Of a DNA stretch of 32,170 bases, positions 8,470 through 16,123 are shown in pieces. The DNA is from a virus (taxonomy: Duplodnaviria > Caudoviricetes). Numbering within the stretch: the first letter of the stretch is position 1; each line of letters begins with the position of its first letter. Where the stretch lies: positions 1 to 32,170 of the IMG/VR virus record IMGVR_UViG_3300025160_000016. One strand, 5' to 3'. The translations under genes and the position numbers were made by a program. The notes below the pieces were generated by a model. It saw only the letters and a program-made list of their open reading frames with translations. It was not told the DNA's origin and searched no databases.

Positions 8470-8754
8470 TCAAGCCTTTCCGTGACACGGGTCAATTTGT
8501 AAGTCCCGCTCGATACGGTCCTGAACCAGTTGCTCTTGAGCTTGGAGACAGTCATAACAAGAGCATCCGGGATCGTGGTCGTCATCAACACAGACTGCCT
8601 CAGCGTCATCGAGTACCCTGCATTCACCTTCCATGCACTCATCAACGTAGGTTCCCTCTCCGGCTTTGACTCTGGCTATGGCATCCGCTTCTGAATCTGC
8701 TTCCACTTCTACAGCAGACGGAATCCAAACGTTTACGATATACCCATGTTTCAT
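8470..8754 (-). CDS. Acidic hypothetical early protein
   Basis: VEVEADSEADAIARV pattern common in small phage proteins; CSCYDC. Confidence 0.7.
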   Translation of the reverse strand: MKHGYIVNVWIPSAVEVEADSEADAIARVKAGEGTYVDECMEGECRVLDDAEAVCVDDDHDPGCSCYDCLQAQEQLVQDRIERDLQIDPCHGKA

Positions 8755-8900
8755 TTCTTCCCCTTTCTCATTTTGGCTAGAGCCTCTTTCGCATCCTGCT
8801 TATGCTTAGAGCAATAGCCTACGTTGTTAACAGTGAATGATATCCGTCGTGATCCGCACACAGCACAGGCCCAGCGTGACGGCGGGATAACTCTTGTCAT
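8751..8900 (-). CDS. Small Zn-finger-like protein (49 aa, MTRVIPPSRWACAVCG...YCSKH)
   Basis: ATGA overlaps at both ends; below the ORF-track cutoff. Confidence 0.6.
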   Translation of the reverse strand: MTRVIPPSRWACAVCGSRRISFTVNNVGYCSKHKQDAKEALAKMRKGKK

Positions 8901-9040
8901 TCCTGCGGTCCTGGTTCAGTATCAGCTAAGGCTCTTCTCAGATTATCACGCACCAATTCTATAGATACAGCTTGATTGCCATGCAACCATGCAGTCAATT
9001 CGTCAACTGTATCCCTAGCGGACTCTCTCAGAATATCCAT
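8897..9040 (-). CDS. Small hypothetical protein (47 aa, MDILRESARDTV...)
   Basis: First ORF after the 9102 promoter; GAGGAG upstream; ATGA coupling. Confidence 0.55.
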   Translation of the reverse strand: MDILRESARDTVDELTAWLHGNQAVSIELVRDNLRRALADTEPGPQE

Positions 9041-9073
9041 ACAATACTATACTCCTCTCTTGTTCCTTTAGAG

Positions 9074-9102
9074 ATTCTATCACGGATTTGGAACCTTGTC
9101 AA
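9074..9102 (-). promoter_or_regulatory. Sigma70-type promoter with extended -10
   Basis: Minus strand TTGACA (9102-9097), 17 bp spacer, TGn-TAGAAT (9079-9074). Confidence 0.8.
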
Positions 9103-9105
9103 GGG

Positions 9106-9372
9106 TTATTTTGGCTTTTTGACTCGGAATGTGCTCCTATTCTCTGACCTTTTGCCAAAGTAATAAGGCTGCACTATGGCTAGGTTTCCGTGTTGGATGT
9201 ACATCGGGCGCAGAGTCTTTGCCTTTGGGTTTGGGTCATCAATCCAGACATACCCGCTCCCTTGATTATGGGATGCCTGTACATTAGAAGTCTCCCATTC
9301 ATTCACGATCAGGCCGTCGGGTTCTACTTCCAAGAGCAGCATATTTGGCAGTCTCATAGTCTTGTTTGACAT
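9106..9372 (-). CDS. Hypothetical early protein
   Basis: GGGAG RBS; TAATG coupling to the upstream gene. Confidence 0.65.
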   Translation of the reverse strand: MSNKTMRLPNMLLLEVEPDGLIVNEWETSNVQASHNQGSGYVWIDDPNPKAKTLRPMYIQHGNLAIVQPYYFGKRSENRSTFRVKKPK

Positions 9373-9545
9373 TACTTTATCTCCCTTATTTCAAGTATCG
9401 CCCCCGGAGCTATCGTCCGGGAGTCTAGCATCAAACCCTGGCGCATAATCCGCCGTGAGGCAACAGGGAAGGATTCACGCGTAACCGTTACAGTTCTAAC
9501 TATTTTTCCTTCCCTGTCGAAGTGGGTTATTTCAAGATGTGCCAT
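9372..9545 (-). CDS. Small hypothetical protein (57 aa, MAHLEITHFDREGKIVRTVTVT...)
   Basis: Stop overlaps the next start (TAATG); below the ORF-track cutoff. Confidence 0.55.
   Translation of the reverse strand: MAHLEITHFDREGKIVRTVTVTRESFPVASRRIMRQGLMLDSRTIAPGAILEIREIK
9480..9492. repeat. Dispersed palindrome copy 4 (CGTAACCGTTACA)
   Basis: Reads VTVT in 9372..9545. Confidence 0.95.
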
Positions 9546-9553
9546 ACTGGGGC

Positions 9554-9751
9554 CTAGCCTTTCTTGACGGTTCCACCATTAGGGCCACACTCGCCCGCGA
9601 TGTAGGCCAGCCAGCGTTCACGGTCGAACTGTGAATTTTGAGACTTGCAAAAGTCAGCAAGCTCGCCTATCTGCTCCTCAGTGAATTTACACCCATGTAC
9701 GTTTGCAGCGATGATACAATTTGCTAGTGCATTGATATGTCTCTTTTTCAT
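9554..9751 (-). CDS. Small hypothetical early protein
   Basis: AAGGAG RBS; MKKRHINALA...LADFCKSQNSQFDRERW pattern typical of small phage early proteins. Confidence 0.75.
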   Translation of the reverse strand: MKKRHINALANCIIAANVHGCKFTEEQIGELADFCKSQNSQFDRERWLAYIAGECGPNGGTVKKG

Positions 9752-9816
9752 TGTTTCTCCTTTTCAGTTTTGTTAGCCTTTCTCTCTTGCACTCCGTAGA
9801 ATGCAAGAGGCAAGGG

Positions 9817-10062
9817 CTAACTGTACTGTTTGATATTCCCAAAGCAACGCAGACAACTTTTCCAAGTCCGAGAACCTATCTTATGCATTGCGGACGGTCT
9901 GCGTTTGCTACCGCAATGGCATTTATGCGATATGGCCGCTCGGTGTCTGGCTTTGACACAATCCATGCAGGGGTTATTGAAAGTGTACGTCAATTCCTGG
10001 CATCCGTCACAAGGTACGGTGTAGCTCGGTCTTCTAATAGACTCTAGTGTGATTCTGTCCAT
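9817..10062 (-). CDS. Cys-rich hypothetical early protein
   Basis: CDGC, CMDC, CHC and CLRC motifs; AAGGGG RBS. Confidence 0.7.
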   Translation of the reverse strand: MDRITLESIRRPSYTVPCDGCQELTYTFNNPCMDCVKARHRAAISHKCHCGSKRRPSAMHKIGSRTWKSCLRCFGNIKQYS

Positions 10063-10120
10063 AGGTTCCCCTTTCGTCTAATCCTTCCGCCTTACTCCCG
10101 TTAGAAGCAAGGCGCAAGAA

Positions 10121-10558
10121 TCAGATAGTGTACAGCGAATGATACCTTGATCTTGCCCGGTCTGCCGTCTCATAATCGGGATACTCTTCCGGCTCTTCCG
10201 ATACCATGAGACCGCCGTGCCCTTGACATTCAAATCGCTCATATACTTTCAATTCGCGGCGGTACTCGGCATCCTTTGGGCATCCTGTCTCATGGCAATT
10301 AAGACCATTGATAGCCACGGACGCACATTGGTCACAAGGGAATGTCAGCTCTTCCGGCTCCTCATTCTCGCAATCGCAAGGGAAGTAGTATCCTCCAAAG
10401 TTACCGTCACTCTCCCAGTTACCTTGCTTGGCCTTTGCTTCTAAATTGGTGGCTAATTCATCCTTGGCATCCTCTGCATTATCCGCCATAATAATGCAGT
10501 CATACACCGTGCAATCATTCCCGTCACTCTCGCGTATCTCGAATAGGTATGCTTTCAT
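10121..10558 (-). CDS. Acidic Cys-containing early protein
   Basis: GGAGG RBS before ATG 10558; CDQC...INGLNCHETGCP motif. Confidence 0.75.
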   Translation of the reverse strand: MKAYLFEIRESDGNDCTVYDCIIMADNAEDAKDELATNLEAKAKQGNWESDGNFGGYYFPCDCENEEPEELTFPCDQCASVAINGLNCHETGCPKDAEYRRELKVYERFECQGHGGLMVSEEPEEYPDYETADRARSRYHSLYTI

Positions 10559-10699
10559 ACTACCTCCGTCACTCCGATTGTTGTGTCTCACTACAGCTGC
10601 CTACTTCGATGGACGAGCTACCTAGTGTAGTAGGTGTAACAGGCCGCGTCCGCTCTGTTCTTATCCTTTTCATACGTCTATTCTAATCCAAGCAAACAG

Positions 10700-11235
10700 C
10701 ATTCATATAGTACTTTTGTCTCATTTATTGCAGGACTAGCACACCGTACTATCTGGCGTACTGTGCATCCTATCAATTATAGGTGTCCTAAGAGGCATAA
10801 ATCTGTAACGGTTACACAGTCCTAGTACTGGCAAATGGGACATCTAGTACTGTCATGATATGATAGTAGTCCTAGTCATAACGGGATACCTAGTACCCAG
10901 GTGCCACTAGTGGCACGATACGTAATGCTACGGTACATCCTGCCTTCGGCAGTATGTCCCTCCGCATTAGCCAGCTGTGTGTATGTTATTGGTTATTATA
11001 CCACTTAACTACGTTAGTACTATTAGTCCTATTGTTGTAGTAGGCGAGTACTATCAGTACGGTACTGGTAGTCCCGACTAGTATAGGACTAGGGCGTAAT
11101 AGGCGTCCTGGGAGTCACGTGATAGAGAGCGGGTCCCATAGGGCATAGGACAGGGAGGGGGGGGTTTCCTTTAGGCCACACGGCCATACGCCTAATAGAG
11201 AGTGGGTCATTTGGGTAAAGCAATAGATAGGATTA
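10700..11235. other. Non-coding region rich in GTAC/CTAG micro-repeats and palindromes (candidate origin, packaging site or genome end)
   Basis: No ORF of 60 aa or more; repeated TAGTAC and AGTCCTAG; perfect 16-bp palindrome at 10901-10916; G-run at 11153-11164. Confidence 0.5.
10804..10816. repeat. Dispersed palindrome copy 5 (TGTAACGGTTACA)
   Basis: In the non-coding region. Confidence 0.95.
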
Positions 11236-11721
11236 CTACTGGTTCTGGATGTAACCGTTACACTTTTCGATGATGATTTTGCGGTCAGAATTATCTAATA
11301 GGCAGAAGTATTGAATGATGTCTGGGGTAGGGGCTGGTTCCCAGTGGGATTCATAGCAGACAAAGAAGTCATATATAGGTACGGATAGACCACAACATAA
11401 TTGGATTAAGGTATGATAGTAAGGGGATAATCTGTTATCTTCCACGCGGTATATGGTCTGCCTGATAAGATGGGAGGATATGGCTAGGTCGCCCTTATTC
11501 ATGCCTTTTTTTAGTCTAAGGTCATGCACAATATGGCCCAAAGTTAGGTAAGGATATCTATTCCTCGCCAATTTTGGAGGTGGTGGGGGTACTAGTTTAG
11601 GTGGAGGCGGATCGAGGGAAGTGGAGCAGCGTCGGCACAGATGATTACGGGTCTGAAATTGATTGAGGTGGCAACGGGGGCAACGCACAACCTCCCGAAT
11701 TTCTAGCAGGGCTGAACTCAT
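11236..11721 (-). CDS. Zn-ribbon plus XRE-family HTH transcriptional regulator
   Basis: REVVRCPRCHLNQFQTRNHLCRRC, a Pro-rich linker, then LGHIVHDLRLKKGMNKGDLA...RQTIYRVEDNRLSPYYHTLIQLCCGLSV (HTH_3 pattern). Confidence 0.85.
   Translation of the reverse strand: MSSALLEIREVVRCPRCHLNQFQTRNHLCRRCSTSLDPPPPKLVPPPPPKLARNRYPYLTLGHIVHDLRLKKGMNKGDLAISSHLIRQTIYRVEDNRLSPYYHTLIQLCCGLSVPIYDFFVCYESHWEPAPTPDIIQYFCLLDNSDRKIIIEKCNGYIQNQ
11250..11262. repeat. Dispersed palindrome copy 6 (TGTAACCGTTACA)
   Basis: Reads CNGY at the 3' end of the XRE gene. Confidence 0.95.
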
Positions 11722-11728
11722 GTGGGGT

Positions 11729-11757
11729 AGTATATGGTACAGCAAAGTTACTGTCAA
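11729..11757 (-). promoter_or_regulatory. Sigma70-type promoter for the XRE gene (probably leaderless)
   Basis: Minus strand TTGACA (11757-11752), 17 bp spacer, TATACT (11734-11729); ATG follows 7 nt later. Confidence 0.75.
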
Positions 11758-11774
11758 GAAAATAAATAAATAGC

Positions 11775-11802
11775 TTGACAAGGCAAAAAACCAGTACATA
11801 AT
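11775..11802 (+). promoter_or_regulatory. Divergent sigma70-type promoter toward the packaging genes
   Basis: TTGACA (11775-11780), 16 bp spacer, CATAAT; A-rich upstream tract. Confidence 0.6.
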
Positions 11803-11902
11803 CTCTTTATATATATATAATACATTCACATAGCTTACTAACGTAATCTATGATTATAAGACCATAGGAAGTAAGAAGCATATATGCCCCTTCAGTTTTC
11901 AC

Positions 11903-11932
11903 TTGACACCCATAAACTGTAACGGTTACACT
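11903..11932 (+). promoter_or_regulatory. Sigma70-type promoter overlapped by a palindrome copy
   Basis: TTGACA (11903-11908), 18 bp spacer, TACACT (11927-11932); GGAGG RBS; ATG 11951. Confidence 0.6.
11918..11930. repeat. Dispersed palindrome copy 7 (TGTAACGGTTACA)
   Basis: Overlaps the promoter spacer and -10 box. Confidence 0.95.
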
Positions 11933-11950
11933 TTGGTTGGAGGATTTGAC

Positions 11951-12142
11951 ATGAATTTCACCCGTAGAGAGTCTTTTGCTGCTTTGTTGGCTCCTTTGGT
12001 AGCTCCTTTGGTGAGTAAATCTAGCCCTCTACCTGCTCCTGTGACTTTGAACGACTTAGATATTACAGTTCACTGCGCCAATCCAGACTTCGCTGAGTTT
12101 TTCGGTGATGCGCTGTATGAGAAACTGGTTGAAAAGGGGTAG
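11951..12142 (+). CDS. Small protein with a twin-arginine-like N-terminus
   Basis: GGAGG RBS; MNFTRRESFAALLAPLVAPLVS. Confidence 0.65.
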   Translation: MNFTRRESFAALLAPLVAPLVSKSSPLPAPVTLNDLDITVHCANPDFAEFFGDALYEKLVEKG

Positions 12143-12145
12143 AGT

Positions 12146-12685
12146 ATGGGCCGACCAACTAGAAAGCAGCCGGAAGTTGCGGTAGAGACGTACAAACCTG
12201 CCCGGATGTTAAAGGATTTTAGGCGGGTGAGGACTGAAATTAAGCCCAGACAGTCCAGTATGGTATCCAATCCCCGCAAAATTGAGATGATTGAGCGGAG
12301 GTATAGGGTAATTGAGTTAAGGAAGATGGGTTATACACTCAGGGAGATAGCTTGGGAGTTGAACGCTTCAGAGGATACCGTCATACGGGACTTACGGGAG
12401 ATATTGAGAGTAGCTATCAAAGATACCTGTGAGAGTACGGAAGAGTGCCGTCAGTTAGAGATTGAGCGGCTGGATGCTCTCCTAAAGGCTTATTATGCTA
12501 CGGCAACAGAGCCTTTGGTGGATGAGTATGGCACAATCATCCCCGAAAATATGGCGGCGGCTGCTTTGGTGCTGAAAGTAATTGAGAGCCGTAGGAAAAT
12601 GTTGGCCTTGGATAAGCCCGAGGCTAAAGGCGGGGTTGAAAGTGGGATTCGAGAGTATATTGGCGTGGATATGGATCAAGTATGA
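12146..12685 (+). CDS. terS: Terminase small subunit (HTH)
   Basis: ELRKMGYTLREIAWELNASEDTVIRDL HTH and RQLEIERLDALL; directly upstream of terL. Confidence 0.75.
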   Translation: MGRPTRKQPEVAVETYKPARMLKDFRRVRTEIKPRQSSMVSNPRKIEMIERRYRVIELRKMGYTLREIAWELNASEDTVIRDLREILRVAIKDTCESTEECRQLEIERLDALLKAYYATATEPLVDEYGTIIPENMAAAALVLKVIESRRKMLALDKPEAKGGVESGIREYIGVDMDQV

Positions 12686-14082
12686 GTTCCAGACGCGATA
12701 GGCCACTCTCGGAGGATGATGATGTTGTAAGAGCTACCGGCATGAAGTTCCGGTATCACCCTTGGGGGTCGGCTAAGGACCTGTTTCATACCAGAGACCC
12801 AGAAATTCTCCTTTGTGGGCCTGCCGGAACTGGAAAATCCTACGCAATTCTACAGAAAATCCACCTAATGCTGTGCAAATATCCTGGTTCCAGGGCTTTC
12901 ATGGCCCGAAAAACTAGGACTAGCATGACCAATTCCTGCCTTTTGATGTACCAGAGGCAGGTATTGAAGCCGCCCGATCATGTACATTTTCACAAAGTAG
13001 ACCAAGTTTTCAATTACCCGAATGGTTCCATGCTGGCTGTGTTAGGGTTAGACGATCCCGAGCGTGTGAAATCTACAGAGTGGGACGTGGGATACATCCA
13101 AGAGGCTACGGAGTGCTCCCAAAATGATGTGGAAATCTGTACTACTCGCCTCCGTAATGGTGTCATCCCCTATCAGCAGCTTATTATGGACTGCAATCCT
13201 GATAAACCTACTCACTGGCTCAAGAAAAGGTGTGATAAGGGCCAAACCATCATCATGGGGTCATATCATAAGGACAATCCTAGATTGTGGAATGATTTTC
13301 AGCAGCAATGGACCCCTGAAGGGCAGGCTTACCTTAACAAACTAGAGAGGTTAGAAGGTGCGCGGCGGGCTAGGCTCTATCAAGGTTTGTGGGTTGCGTC
13401 TGAGGGTATGGTGTATGAGGGGTGGGACCCGGAAGTGAATATGCTGAGCTTATCGGACTTACCTAAAGGGTGGGAGGAGTGGCAACATTGGTGGTCCATA
13501 GATTTCGGGTATAAACACCCGTTCGTTTGGGGTGATTGGATAGAGGATCAGCGTGGTGCTCTGTACCTATTCCGCCAAATCTACATGACGGAGCAGTTAG
13601 TTGAGGATCATGCTGCTCATATTCAGCAAATTATAGGAAATACAATCCCTAGGGCTATCATTTGTGACCACGACGCCGAAGCCAGGGCTACCTTGGAGCG
13701 TCATTTAGGCATGATAACCCTCCCCGCATACAAGTCAATCCTCCCAGGGATTGAAGCTGTGAAGGCCCGGTTGAAGCCTGATTGGGGCAATGATAGGCCG
13801 GGACTGTTCATTATCCGTGACTCCCTTGTGGAAGAGGACAAGACTTTGCGGGATAATGGTAAACCTGTGAAAACAGAGGACGAATGGGATGGTTATGTGT
13901 GGGATAGGTCACATAACGAGGAGGTTAATAGTAAGCGGGATGAGCTACCTGTTGATAAGGATAATCATGGTATGGATCAGGTTAGGTACATGGTGGCTTT
14001 TGCCGATAGTATAGCAGATGATCCGCAAGATCAAGATATGATTATGACCTATGAAGATGACATGCAAATCAGCCCATTCTAA
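12682..14082 (+). CDS. terL: Terminase large subunit (PBSX-like)
   Basis: Walker A GPAGTGKS, Walker B YIQEATE, DCNP coupling motif, nuclease SIDFGYKHP and DNHGMDQVRY. Confidence 0.95.
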   Translation: MSSRRDRPLSEDDDVVRATGMKFRYHPWGSAKDLFHTRDPEILLCGPAGTGKSYAILQKIHLMLCKYPGSRAFMARKTRTSMTNSCLLMYQRQVLKPPDHVHFHKVDQVFNYPNGSMLAVLGLDDPERVKSTEWDVGYIQEATECSQNDVEICTTRLRNGVIPYQQLIMDCNPDKPTHWLKKRCDKGQTIIMGSYHKDNPRLWNDFQQQWTPEGQAYLNKLERLEGARRARLYQGLWVASEGMVYEGWDPEVNMLSLSDLPKGWEEWQHWWSIDFGYKHPFVWGDWIEDQRGALYLFRQIYMTEQLVEDHAAHIQQIIGNTIPRAIICDHDAEARATLERHLGMITLPAYKSILPGIEAVKARLKPDWGNDRPGLFIIRDSLVEEDKTLRDNGKPVKTEDEWDGYVWDRSHNEEVNSKRDELPVDKDNHGMDQVRYMVAFADSIADDPQDQDMIMTYEDDMQISPF

Positions 14083-14083
14083 G

Positions 14084-14096
14084 TGTAACGGTTACA
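14084..14096. repeat. Dispersed palindrome copy 8 (TGTAACGGTTACA)
   Basis: 1 bp after the terL stop. Confidence 0.95.
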
Positions 14097-14252
14097 GTCT
14101 ATCCCATGCTGGTATTAAGGATTGACGAGGACGATGGTGGATATACTGCAATCGTGCGGCGTGAGGATGCGCTACGGCGCGTCGAACGTGTCCCAAAGGA
14201 GAGCACGTCAAGGCGATCATGCTGATCCTGGAAGCGGACGATAAGGAGTCGG

Positions 14253-14462
14253 ATGCAAATCAGTGAAGCAACGCTGGTGCTTGTCGTCGTGCAACTGATA
14301 GCCTTTGCCTACGGTTATGCGAAGCTGAAAGCGAAGGTCGAGGAGATCAATGGGGAAGTGAAGTATCAGCGGGCTTGGCGACATTGGGTTGCCCCGCCAC
14401 TGACGATAGCGTTTAATAAGTTGGGGATCAAGTTCGATCCGCCGCCGGAGAAGAGGCAATGA
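14253..14462 (+). CDS. Small single-TM membrane protein (holin-like)
   Basis: AAGGAG RBS; N-terminal hydrophobic helix followed by a coiled segment. Confidence 0.65.
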   Translation: MQISEATLVLVVVQLIAFAYGYAKLKAKVEEINGEVKYQRAWRHWVAPPLTIAFNKLGIKFDPPPEKRQ

Positions 14463-14809
14463 TTGATGAAGTCAAGATTGCCGAGTTCATGGGCGAAACC
14501 AAGGCAAGGCTCGACTCTCAAAATGCAGCCCTGATTGATGAGCGGGCCACAAGAGTTGCTAGATCAAATTCAGATGCTCAGGAATTGAATAGACGGCTAG
14601 AGGAGCGTCGGCGTTCTCAAGATGAGGATTTCAGGGCGCAGGCTGCAAACATAGGACAATTGGCAAAGGAGTTGCGGGAGCACATGTTAGCCTGCAAGGG
14701 ACACAACGGGGAAGCGTCATGGAAAAACAGGAAGGTGATTGCTGGAGCAGGCGGGGGCGCGGGGCTTATGGCACTCATTGAAATGGTGCGACATTGGATA
14801 ATGGAATGA
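14459..14809 (+). CDS. Coiled-coil protein with a C-terminal hydrophobic anchor
   Basis: ATGA coupling; IAGAGGGAGLMALIEMV tail. Confidence 0.65.
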   Translation: MIDEVKIAEFMGETKARLDSQNAALIDERATRVARSNSDAQELNRRLEERRRSQDEDFRAQAANIGQLAKELREHMLACKGHNGEASWKNRKVIAGAGGGAGLMALIEMVRHWIME

Positions 14810-15093
14810 CTGAATCGCGCGTCCCGCTCTGGCTCCGTGAACTCGGGCACTTTGCGGGCATGGTGATTGCGATTCAGACCCTAGCCTACTGGCTTGAGGG
14901 CGATACCATCCTGGGAGTGCTGGTGGTTCGCGGGCTGCTGCTCATCGTTACGATTTGGCTCACCGTGCGCCGGGAACTGATAGAATACCGGGAGATGCGG
15001 CAAAGCAAGTTCAAAACTTGGATGGACTTGGCCTGCAAGATTCCGGGGCTGACGGTAGGCGCGGCAACTGTAGGATGGTGGGAGGAACTGTGA
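14806..15093 (+). CDS. Multi-TM membrane protein
   Basis: Two to three hydrophobic segments; ATGA coupling. Confidence 0.6.
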   Translation: MTESRVPLWLRELGHFAGMVIAIQTLAYWLEGDTILGVLVVRGLLLIVTIWLTVRRELIEYREMRQSKFKTWMDLACKIPGLTVGAATVGWWEEL

Positions 15094-15362
15094 ACTTTGT
15101 TGAGCGCATCGTAATCGGACAAATCGTGAAGCGGGGGGAGAGGTATCTTATGAATCTGTCGAAGAACACGCTGACAACCCTGCTGGGAATCTGCATGATC
15201 CTGGCAGCTATCGGCAACGCAGGAGTGGCGATACTAGATGGCGATCCGGCAACCGTGTTTGACTGGAAAGTTACCGGCCTCGCTCTCGGTGCCGGGGTGA
15301 CGGCGATCAAGGCACGAGAACAGAGTCAGCACGAGAAAGAACAGAACGGAGGCTCGAAATGA
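15090..15362 (+). CDS. Two-TM holin-like protein
   Basis: GGAGGA RBS before GTG 15090; TTLLGICMILAAIG...LALGAGVTAIKARE and a charged C-terminus. Confidence 0.6.
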   Translation: MNFVERIVIGQIVKRGERYLMNLSKNTLTTLLGICMILAAIGNAGVAILDGDPATVFDWKVTGLALGAGVTAIKAREQSQHEKEQNGGSK

Positions 15363-15565
15363 GTTCGCGGGAATCACGTCGGGACGAGTACGACCGGATC
15401 GCTGGGTTTTACGGCAAGGGCGCAGGCTTCTCAAATCCACTGTGGGACAAGAAGCTACGGATGTTCTACTGCGGCGCTGGGCTGTACCGCAGCCCGAAGC
15501 ATCCGGTCATCAAGAAGCGGATTGCGGCTGGCAAGCTCGCTGCGCCGCCGAAGGAGAGGGGGTAA
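15359..15565 (+). CDS. Small basic hypothetical protein
   Basis: GGAGG RBS; ATGA coupling. Confidence 0.6.
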   Translation: MSSRESRRDEYDRIAGFYGKGAGFSNPLWDKKLRMFYCGAGLYRSPKHPVIKKRIAAGKLAAPPKERG

Positions 15566-15566
15566 C

Positions 15567-16091
15567 ATGAGACGCTTTCTCGACAGGCTACGATTCTACA
15601 TGATCTGGGACGTTCGCTGGGGTGCAACGCTGGCCCTCCTGCTGAGCCTGTGCGCCCTCGCTGCGCCGGCGGGGATGAGCCAAGATTATGCTATCCAACT
15701 TTCAGGTGGAATTGAGGCTTCCAATACCACTTTAGAGCCTTTTGGGGAGTTCTCCGCTCTTATTGGAGTTGTAGGACAGACCCTTTCAGTGACTTCCTTT
15801 AGGTTTAGGCCAATTGAGCCACGCGGAGTCTCTGTTGCTGTGATCCAAGAATTAGAGCAAACCCTGATTCATAATGGCAGGTATGCTCTAGGCGCTAGAG
15901 CGGGTGGCGGAATAGCCCAAAACTCAGAGGAAGTCACGGGTTTAGGCACAGTGGGGGGAGTATTCCGTATTGATTTAGGGCATAGTTTAGAATCAGTAAC
16001 TTACGGGCAATACTTCTACTCCCCTATTGTTGGTGGTCAGCTTAGGGTTGTGAGTGGTATTCGGCTGAATTTCCTTAGGCCGCAGCCATAA
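15567..16091 (+). CDS. Secreted beta-rich protein, possible small outer-membrane beta-barrel
   Basis: Signal-like LALLLSLCALAAPA, amphipathic strands and a near-terminal SGIRLNF. Confidence 0.55.
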   Translation: MRRFLDRLRFYMIWDVRWGATLALLLSLCALAAPAGMSQDYAIQLSGGIEASNTTLEPFGEFSALIGVVGQTLSVTSFRFRPIEPRGVSVAVIQELEQTLIHNGRYALGARAGGGIAQNSEEVTGLGTVGGVFRIDLGHSLESVTYGQYFYSPIVGGQLRVVSGIRLNFLRPQP

Positions 16092-16095
16092 AAAG

Positions 16096-16108
16096 TGTAA
16101 CCGTTACG
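16096..16108. repeat. Dispersed palindrome copy 9 (TGTAACCGTTACG)
   Basis: Intergenic, just upstream of the portal start. Confidence 0.95.
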
Positions 16109-16123
16109 CTTCAGGCGGGTAAA

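Noticed and set aside
9463-9517. 11-bp inverted repeat ACAGGGAAGGA/TCCTTCCCTGT around palindrome copy 4
   Set aside because: It lies within a plausible 57-aa ORF and is not repeated at other copies, so there is no support for a separate RNA element.
4338-11051. Exact 13-bp repeat AGTAGGCGAGTAC at 4338-4350 and 11039-11051
   Set aside because: Several 13-bp matches are expected by chance in 32 kb, and only two copies were seen.
11570-11612. PPPPKL duplicated in the XRE linker
   Set aside because: A short low-complexity linker duplication with no independent significance.
11722-11829. Hydrophobic N-terminal extension of the XRE ORF shown in the track
   Set aside because: It is a translation of the AT-rich promoter region; the promoter position favours ATG 11721.
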